A stretch of DNA of 64,000 nt, taken from assembly GCA_027028245.1 (NCBI GenBank), contig JALVJO010000136.1, forward strand, positions 1,362 through 65,361, given 5' to 3'. Below are positions 57,320-64,000 of the stretch, piece by piece. The first letter of the stretch is position 1. The number at the start of each line of letters is the position of its first letter. The notes under the pieces were generated by a model. The model was given only the letters and a program-made list of their open reading frames with translations. It had not been told where the DNA came from and did not search any database. The stretch is from Deltaproteobacteria bacterium. Its GTDB lineage: Bacteria > Desulfobacterota > Dissulfuribacteria > Dissulfuribacterales > QOAL01. The position numbers and the translations under genes are program-made.

Positions 57320-59287
57320 ATGAACAAGATTTCGTCTTTTTTAGGCCCTTTCAGGACAGTGATCTGTCTGATATTCCTTATTTTGCTCGAAGGCATTTTC
57401 AGTTCTTCCCCATGGTGCGCCTCTTATGATTTCCTAAGGCAGGCAACCAGGGGTTCATATCCCTTTGCCCATTGTGTGCTTGCCAGGGAAGAGGAACACA
57501 TCGAGGTATCGGAAAACGGTACCAGCCTGGACACCGACGAGGTATTCATCACTGTTCTGGATGAAAAGGGCAAGAGAAGGCAGCAGGTACAGCACTTCTA
57601 CCTTAATAAGAACTATTCCAAGCTGGAAGTCAGAAAGATGGAGGTCATCAAGCCAGGCGGCAGAACCATCCAGGTTGATCTTAAAAAAAACAGCAGCCTG
57701 ACAGATCCAGCCTCTGCAAGCAGGATGAATATCTACGACCCCAACCGGAAGGTCATGAATGTCTTTGTGCCTGGTCTTGCCCCTGGAGATACCATCCATT
57801 ACATCGTTGTGGTAAACAGCTTCAAGCCCATGATAAAGGGCCATTTTTTCGGCAGGGGTGTGCTGCAGCAGACATTTCCGGCAAGGTCCATACGCCTTTC
57901 AATCACCCTGCCATCCCACAAGCCGCTGCATCACATGCTGAAGGCCAGGTGCAAGGGCGCCAGGGTAGGATTCAAAAAGGAAACCTCAGGGCAGCGAACC
58001 AGTTACTGCTGGACTTTTGAAGATATACCTGAACTGGTGCCAGAGCCCTTTATGCCTGGAGCCGGACAGGTTGCCATGAGACTCCTGTTTTCCACCCTTT
58101 CTTCCTGGAAGGATGTATCCAAGTGGTACTACAACCTGGTTGAACCCAAGCTCAAGGTGAACCGTGAAATCAGGGCAGAGGTCAGGAAGCTCATTGAGGG
58201 CAAAAAGAGTGAAAGGGAAAGGCTGGATGCACTCTTCTTCTTCGTGGCCAGGAAAATCCGCTATCTCGGCATTATTGAAGAGGCAAACAGGCCGGGATTT
58301 GAGCCCCATGATGTGAGTCTGACTTTCAGCAGGAGATACGGTGTCTGCAGGGACAAGGCAGCACTGCTGGTGGCCATGCTGAGGGAGGCGGGTTTCCAGG
58401 CCGCCCCTGTAATCATGAGCGCGGGCTCAAAACTTGATCCCGAGATCGCAGTTCCCTATTTCAATCATGCAATAGCTGCAGTAATGGACCCTTCGGGAAG
58501 GCCGAAGGTCTACATGGACCCGACTTCGGAGACCAGCAGGCAGTTTCTTCCCGATTACGAACAGGATTCCTCCTGTCTGCCTGCAGTGCCCCAGGGCTCT
58601 GAGCTTCTGCTGACGCCGGTAAAGCCGCCTGGCAGCAATCTTTTTGTCATGGAAATTACAGAAACCCTGGACAGCAGCGGCTTGAAGGGGGTTGTCAAGA
58701 CAAAAACAAGGGGCTTTTCAGACACGGTGTTCAGAAGCATACTCATGAGAAAATCAAGGCAGGAGCAGGAAAAATTCCTGAGGGTGTTTCTCCTGAAGAA
58801 ACAGCCCGGACTCAAGATCAACGAGATATCATGGACGGATCCCGGGGACAACAGCAGGAATTTTTCCTTTGGATGTCGTTTTGAAATCCCGGGGGCTTTC
58901 AAGAAAACAGGTGTCTTCTATCCCTTTTCTTCAACGGGATCGCCCGGACTCATGGACAGCTTTGTGTTTAAAAGGGCCTCTGTTATCCGGAGAATGTATC
59001 CACTTAAGACAGGCTACAGCTTTGAAACATTAATCAAGGAGAACATAAGGCTGAAACTGCCCTTTTGCCGTATTTATCTTCCGGAAACCGTTGATATTGA
59101 TGACGCCTATTTGAAATTCAAAAGGAGTTACTCGGTCCTGAAGGATGGGATTGCCCTGGAGCAACGCCTCGTTGTTAAAAAACTCGAAGTCCCGCCGGAT
59201 GAATACGAAAAGATCCTCCAGGTTCAGGCAATTCTTGGTGCATCCCGCCTGAACTCCATTGTCTTTGCACCCTGCGGCCAGGAGTAG
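57320..59287 (+). CDS. DUF3857 / transglutaminase-like cysteine protease-fold protein (catalytic triad intact)
   Basis: Signal peptide from MNKISSFLGPF. Core YGVCRDKAALLVAMLREAGF (Cys), FNHAIAAV (His) and YMDPT (Asp). Confidence 0.82.
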   Translation: MNKISSFLGPFRTVICLIFLILLEGIFSSSPWCASYDFLRQATRGSYPFAHCVLAREEEHIEVSENGTSLDTDEVFITVLDEKGKRRQQVQHFYLNKNYSKLEVRKMEVIKPGGRTIQVDLKKNSSLTDPASASRMNIYDPNRKVMNVFVPGLAPGDTIHYIVVVNSFKPMIKGHFFGRGVLQQTFPARSIRLSITLPSHKPLHHMLKARCKGARVGFKKETSGQRTSYCWTFEDIPELVPEPFMPGAGQVAMRLLFSTLSSWKDVSKWYYNLVEPKLKVNREIRAEVRKLIEGKKSERERLDALFFFVARKIRYLGIIEEANRPGFEPHDVSLTFSRRYGVCRDKAALLVAMLREAGFQAAPVIMSAGSKLDPEIAVPYFNHAIAAVMDPSGRPKVYMDPTSETSRQFLPDYEQDSSCLPAVPQGSELLLTPVKPPGSNLFVMEITETLDSSGLKGVVKTKTRGFSDTVFRSILMRKSRQEQEKFLRVFLLKKQPGLKINEISWTDPGDNSRNFSFGCRFEIPGAFKKTGVFYPFSSTGSPGLMDSFVFKRASVIRRMYPLKTGYSFETLIKENIRLKLPFCRIYLPETVDIDDAYLKFKRSYSVLKDGIALEQRLVVKKLEVPPDEYEKILQVQAILGASRLNSIVFAPCGQE

Positions 59288-59291
59288 AAAA

Positions 59292-61145
59292 ATGAAGATG
59301 TTTTCCTGTGCTCTAACAAAACTAATGTGCCTTGCAGTATTTCTAGTGTTCTTGGTGTCTTTTTCTTTCCCCTGGGAAAATTCCTGGGCCATGAGCACCG
59401 CCCCCAAGTTACCCAGGCCGGATGCAGTAAATTTGCAGGTGAAAAAGCATTACATCGTAAAGCCAGACGGCAGCTATACCATGACGCTTTTTGTGAAGAC
59501 CCTAATCAATACCTACAAGGGCAAAAAGGATAGAGGCGACTTCCGATTCGGTTATAACAGCGCCTTTGAGACCGTCAAGGTCAAGGGGGCAAGGACCATC
59601 CTGGCAGACGGCCGCGTAGTGGAAGTAGGCCAGAAGGAGATGAATGATATAGCTGATCCCGCCACCCAGAAGGCCTCCATCTTCTCCGGTGCAAGGGTTA
59701 GGATAATAAATTTTCCTGCCGTAGAAAAGGGATGCACCGTTGAGCTTGAAATAGAAAAAGGTTCCCGGCTTGGCTTCTGGGGCATGGAGTCCTTTGCTCT
59801 TCTTGATCCGTGCCTGGAGAAGACCGTTACCATGGAACTGCCTGAAGATATGCCCCTTAATTTCCAGCTCCTGGATAAGAGGATCAAGTTCTCCCAGCAC
59901 AGGGAAAAGGGGCGCAAAATACTTGAATGGAAAGGTGAGCAGCTTGAAAAGGCAGCCGATGATCCCCTCAGTCCGCCCATTGAAAACCTTGATTCCACCC
60001 TTGTTTTTTCAAGCTTTACCTCCTGGAAACAAGTAGGAGCCTGGTTCAGGAACATCCTTGTTGACAAGGAGAACAAAAGGGCTGCTTTTGCGCACGATCT
60101 TGATGCTGCACCAGATCCGGACAGCCTCTACAGCCTGCTTTCAGAAAGGCTTGAAATACTGCCCATAGGGTTCTTCCAGACCAGGCTGCATTTTCAGAAA
60201 CCAGGGCAGACATTTAAAAAACGCTACGGCACTCAGATAGATGCGGCCCTGCTTTTTTACCGCATCCTGGAGTCCAGGGGCTTAAATCCGCTTCTTCTGG
60301 CGGCAAGCTCCAGGGGAATCTGGCTCAAGGGCCTGAAGAACAGTTTTTGTCCACAGCTTTTTGATACCTTTGTGGTGAGGGCGGGAAAGAGATTTTACTC
60401 ATTTGATGCCAAGGACATGTCGCCTGGAGTAACAGGCATGGATGGTCAGCAGGCCCTTGAACTGTCTGGTGGTGAGTTTGAGACCGTGACCGATATTCGA
60501 CCCACAGGTTCTCAAGCATCATACCAGGTTCATCTGGCAGACCCATCAAGGCTGGAGTTCAGTCTCAAGACCCGGCAGTCAGGAACAGATGCCAGGAGTG
60601 TCAGAAAGATGTTCAAGGATCTTACCCCCTCAGAGATGAAGGTGGCAGATTCCATGTTTTTTCATTCTCTTAATCCCCTTGCAGAGCCCCTGAGCCCGCT
60701 GAAAAAGACCGGCCTTGATCCCCGCACCGGCCCCGTTGAGATCAAGGCGTCCTACAGTGCTAGGGAAGTCCATGTTCCAAGGGGGGATTCGTATGTCCTT
60801 GCCGTGCCGAGAATTTCCAAGCTCGACGGCATAGCATCCTGTCCGGAAAAGAGAAAGGCTCCCTTTTTCATACGGAAGAAGGAGTCCTTGAAGGTGGAAT
60901 ATAATCTTAGCCTGCCGGACTCGTGCAAAGTTACGGCAGTTCCTGCTGATATTCAAGGTGAGGCAGGGCCCATTTCCTGGGAAAACAGGTGCCGGACTTC
61001 TGATCACGGGATCTTCTGCGTGCGAAAGGTCACTATTCAAAGGGGCCTTGTATCAGCCGGGGAAGAGTTCCTGGAGCTTAGAAGCCGGATTCTGAAGCTG
61101 ATAGATCCAGAGGAGAACAGCCTGGCATACTGGTGCTCAGACTAA
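59292..61145 (+). CDS. DUF3857 / transglutaminase-like paralog lacking the catalytic Cys and His
   Basis: Signal peptide MKMFSCALTKLMCLAVFLV. The equivalent core reads YGTQIDAALLFYRILESRGL and LFDTFVVRA. Confidence 0.78.
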   Translation: MKMFSCALTKLMCLAVFLVFLVSFSFPWENSWAMSTAPKLPRPDAVNLQVKKHYIVKPDGSYTMTLFVKTLINTYKGKKDRGDFRFGYNSAFETVKVKGARTILADGRVVEVGQKEMNDIADPATQKASIFSGARVRIINFPAVEKGCTVELEIEKGSRLGFWGMESFALLDPCLEKTVTMELPEDMPLNFQLLDKRIKFSQHREKGRKILEWKGEQLEKAADDPLSPPIENLDSTLVFSSFTSWKQVGAWFRNILVDKENKRAAFAHDLDAAPDPDSLYSLLSERLEILPIGFFQTRLHFQKPGQTFKKRYGTQIDAALLFYRILESRGLNPLLLAASSRGIWLKGLKNSFCPQLFDTFVVRAGKRFYSFDAKDMSPGVTGMDGQQALELSGGEFETVTDIRPTGSQASYQVHLADPSRLEFSLKTRQSGTDARSVRKMFKDLTPSEMKVADSMFFHSLNPLAEPLSPLKKTGLDPRTGPVEIKASYSAREVHVPRGDSYVLAVPRISKLDGIASCPEKRKAPFFIRKKESLKVEYNLSLPDSCKVTAVPADIQGEAGPISWENRCRTSDHGIFCVRKVTIQRGLVSAGEEFLELRSRILKLIDPEENSLAYWCSD

Positions 61146-61357
61146 GGCCCAAAAAAAACATAAATAGCGGGTCCAACTTCCAGGATGGCTCACTTTTAAA
61201 CGACCATTTTTGGCTCAGTTTATCGCGACCATTTACAAAAGAGCCGTCTATGGCAGAATGAGTGACCGGATTGCCTTGGAATCGCCGGCCGAATTCATCG
61301 GAATAAGCAACCCGGGACAGCCTACTACCCGGTAGGGTCAAATCAAGCATCTACCTC

Positions 61358-62680
61358 TTAGATGGTGGATGAGGAAGAAAGCAGGAATTTCCATAGCGGC
61401 TGTATGGTTATATTGATACCATCTACGGAAAGTTCTTCCTCCTCCTCTACGGTGATTAGTGTTGCCTGTTTCTGGCCTATCTCATTACAGGCCTCAACCA
61501 GCGAGCGGATTTCCCTCTTGCGGGTGGCAGGCTGTTGCAAGCTTACGCTTACTTGAAAAAGAGCTAAAGGTCCTGAAGAATCAGCTATCAGAAAATCCAC
61601 CTCCCGTCCATTTTGAGTCTTATAATAAAAGCAATGCTTCTGGCCACGCAAGAAATGGAGAAAGATCAGATTTTCCAGATAGCGCCCTAAGTTACGGGAA
61701 AAACCAAAGGCTACGGAGGAGATCATTCCATTGTCTATGCAATATATCTTTTTGGGGCTGCGGAGTTGTTGGCGGATTGAATAGGCATAAGAATCCACGC
61801 TGAAAAGCAGGAAGGCATCTGCAAAATAACTGAGATATTCCTTCACGGTCTTGTCTGAGATCCCGACCGTTTTGCCAAGGCGGTTATAGGTGAAAAGCGA
61901 GGCAATGTTTGAGGCAAGATAGAAGAAAAGTTTTTCTACAAGGTTTGGCTTCTTGATCTTGAAGCGGGGGACAATGTCCTGAAAAAGGATGTTTTTTGCG
62001 TAATTGGCCAGTAGCTCTTTTTTCAGCCGGGTATTATCCGTTAAAACAACTTCCGGGAAGCCGCCCTCGAAGAGATAATCCTCACAAAATCGACGAATTT
62101 TGTGACGTTGCCGTAGAATTTCCAGTTTGTTGTGAGTGTGCTCCATCTGTTTAGCATGAAGGTATTCTGAAAAAGAAAAAGGATGCAAGGTCAGCGGCAG
62201 GGTCCTACCGGAAAGCAGGGTTATCAGATCAGAGGAAAGAAGACGGGAGTTGGAGCCCGAGATTATGAATTTGATGTCTTCTGACAGTTCATATCTTGAT
62301 TTTACAAAGACCTGCCAGTCCTTAAAGTACTGGAGTTCGTCGAGAAGAAGATATATCCGCCCCTTTGGATCGGCAAGCTTCTGGTAATCTGCAAATAGCA
62401 CTTCAAGATTGACCACATCATCCCGGTAGGCTGTGAAAAAAGGATTCTCAAGATTGAGAAAGAGTATATTTGAAGGTGTCACTCCCTTTTCATTTACAAG
62501 GAAGTTGATGGTCTGTCTAAGCAATGTACTCTTCCCGCACCTCCTAACCCCGGTAATGGCTATTATTTGCCGGGCATCCATATATTCCTCGATTGTTCTC
62601 AGGGCCTGACGCGGGATGCCGGCATCAAAGGTTTTACCTTCCCAGTGCGGATTTTGGTCAACTATTACTTCTTCGAACAT
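61358..62680 (-). CDS. AAA-family ATPase with DUF4143 C-terminal domain
   Basis: Walker A GVRRCGKST and Walker B LLLDELQ, then a DUF4143-like region (REVDFLI). Start chosen at MFEEVIVDQNPHW. Confidence 0.82.
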   Translation of the reverse strand: MFEEVIVDQNPHWEGKTFDAGIPRQALRTIEEYMDARQIIAITGVRRCGKSTLLRQTINFLVNEKGVTPSNILFLNLENPFFTAYRDDVVNLEVLFADYQKLADPKGRIYLLLDELQYFKDWQVFVKSRYELSEDIKFIISGSNSRLLSSDLITLLSGRTLPLTLHPFSFSEYLHAKQMEHTHNKLEILRQRHKIRRFCEDYLFEGGFPEVVLTDNTRLKKELLANYAKNILFQDIVPRFKIKKPNLVEKLFFYLASNIASLFTYNRLGKTVGISDKTVKEYLSYFADAFLLFSVDSYAYSIRQQLRSPKKIYCIDNGMISSVAFGFSRNLGRYLENLIFLHFLRGQKHCFYYKTQNGREVDFLIADSSGPLALFQVSVSLQQPATRKREIRSLVEACNEIGQKQATLITVEEEEELSVDGINITIQPLWKFLLSSSSTI

Positions 62681-63174
62681 TATTATCTTATTCCGAATTT
62701 CGTAAATTTTTTTCGGAGCATAAACCGAATAATTCAGAATTTCAAATAATTTTGGGATAGTTATATTTTCAACACAGAGGCATAGAGAACAGGGGCTGAA
62801 AGGCCGCACCCAAGGTGCTGACCATTCATCTTTAACGATTTGGCCCTAAGCCAATATCGACAATCACGCTGGTTTCCTTCAACTATTTAGCACACACAGA
62901 TCCCAGAGGAACAGGCCTATTCCCTACGTTTCAGAGGCGATACGATCTACTTTCATCCAAGGTGTATCATATCCATCACCTTCATCCTGCAAAGTGCGAA
63001 CAATGAACTTACACCCGTTGTCAAGACAAAAAAGTGCCTGGTATTTGGTGCATATCAGGATCCCGCATGGCGCGTATCCATACTTCTCATCTGGACATAT
63101 ACTTCTTCTGGTATCAGATTCTCAAGAGAAGAGTAAAAACATTTTGTCCACTTTTGCCATGCAGGATTCAGGTA

Positions 63175-64000
63175 TCAACTGATTTCTCTGATCTCAATGG
63201 AATTTGCCGCCAGGAAATCCTTAACCTCTTTTATGGAAACCTCTTTCCTGTGAAAGATTCCGGCAGCAAGTGCAGCTTCTGCACTGGTCTTTTGGAAGAC
63301 CTCCAGGAAATGTTCAGGGCTTCCCGCACCGCTTGAAGCAATGACTGGAATGGTCACGGCCTCGGTTACAGCTTCTATGAGCTCCAGGTCAAAGCCCGAG
63401 TTGGTTCCGTCTTTGTCTATGCAGTTGAGGAGGATTTCTCCTGCGCCCAGTTCCTGGCAGGCCTTTGCAAGTGTGACGGCATCAAGGTCCCTGCCTTCCC
63501 TGCCGCCCTTTATGGTGCACTGGTACCAGCAGTATTTCTCCCCGTTGGGTCCTGGAAAGGATGTTTCAATCACGTGGTGCTTGGTTTCAGCCGGCGATTT
63601 TACGTAAACCCTCCTGGGGTCCACTGAGATTACAACTGCCTGGTTGCCGTAAATTCGTGAAATCAGCTCTATGGAGCTTTCTCCCGTTGCCATGCCCGTA
63701 CGCAGGTATTCTTCAACGATCAAGACCGCATCGCTTCCTATGGAGATCTTGTCTGCACCTGAGCGGAAGTATTCTGAAGCAACCTGGAGGGATGAATATC
63801 GTCTTCCTGTCCTGTCCGTATAATCCCTGATCCCCCCGCCTATGGTCAGCGGCACAAATACCTCCCTTGATGTGCGCTTCAAGACCTCCAGCATGGGCAT
63901 ATCCTTGAGCGGAAAATCCCGGAAGGCCGTGATATTCAAAAACGTGATTTCATCAGCTCCCTCCCTGTAATACCTTGCCGCAAGCTCCACTGGTTTCCCA
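63175..64000 (-). CDS. hisF: Imidazole glycerol phosphate synthase cyclase subunit HisF (N-terminus beyond window edge), eukaryote/HIS7-like variant
   Basis: [42 protein letters not shown] and [10 protein letters not shown] motifs. Contains the long insertions typical of the HIS7-type cyclase domain. Confidence 0.88.
   Translation of the reverse strand, partial: GKPVELAARYYREGADEITFLNITAFRDFPLKDMPMLEVLKRTSREVFVPLTIGGGIRDYTDRTGRRYSSLQVASEYFRSGADKISIGSDAVLIVEEYLRTGMATGESSIELISRIYGNQAVVISVDPRRVYVKSPAETKHHVIETSFPGPNGEKYCWYQCTIKGGREGRDLDAVTLAKACQELGAGEILLNCIDKDGTNSGFDLELIEAVTEAVTIPVIASSGAGSPEHFLEVFQKTSAEAALAAGIFHRKEVSIKEVKDFLAANSIEIREIS

Noticed and set aside
61146-61357. The convergent intergenic region has CGACCATTT direct repeats (61201 and 61226). 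A 90-aa minus-strand ORF (61078-61350) has a translation that vaguely recalls the repetitive peptides often seen at IS or transposon ends.
   Set aside because: There are only two short repeats, no inverted terminal repeat and no transposase. The ORF overlaps the end of the transglutaminase-like gene. The evidence is too weak to call a mobile-element remnant.

Overview
The window is a chromosomal segment whose gene content suggests an anaerobic Desulfobacterota or delta-proteobacterium-like organism (inference only). I support about 55 CDS. No rRNA, tRNA or CRISPR array was recognised.

Gene order:
- rpsF-rpsR-DUF2232-rplI operon (minus strand)
- hsp20-lon and greA
- a CDF transporter fused to a NifX-like domain
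- ferredoxin plus tungsten-type aldehyde:ferredoxin oxidoreductase
- several secreted proteins of unknown function, including a Cys-rich 5-module repeat protein
- namZ-like, ygiQ and dus
- a roughly 15 kb Wzx/Wzy-type exopolysaccharide locus on the minus strand (21.2-36.0 kb)
- an NhaP-type antiporter
- a signalling cluster: HK, REC-HK, REC, TonB-dependent receptor, YfiR-like protein, CHASE8 HK
- a metal-uptake operon: znuACB-like, thioesterase, feoB
- rex plus a fused TSUP/TauE membrane protein
- a pair of DUF3857/transglutaminase-like proteins
- a DUF4143 ATPase and a partial hisF

The most unusual signal is non-coding. A roughly 224-nt element occurs three times (5.7, 36.5 and 53.4 kb), always on the + strand and always intergenic. 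The copies are roughly 90 percent identical by eye. Each folds end-to-end into a long imperfect hairpin and is flanked by 8-nt direct repeats. It is either a MITE-like mobile element or an undescribed structured RNA family embedded in mRNA leaders and trailers.

Other leads:
- intrinsic terminators sitting immediately in front of the antiporter and greA start codons
- a triplet of TGCAAC-N6-GTTGCA palindromes plus a sigma-54-like promoter around rex
- domain fusions (CDF-NifX, and a periplasmic domain fused to TSUP)
- an active/inactive transglutaminase pair

All functional calls rest on motif recognition by eye. No database search was run.
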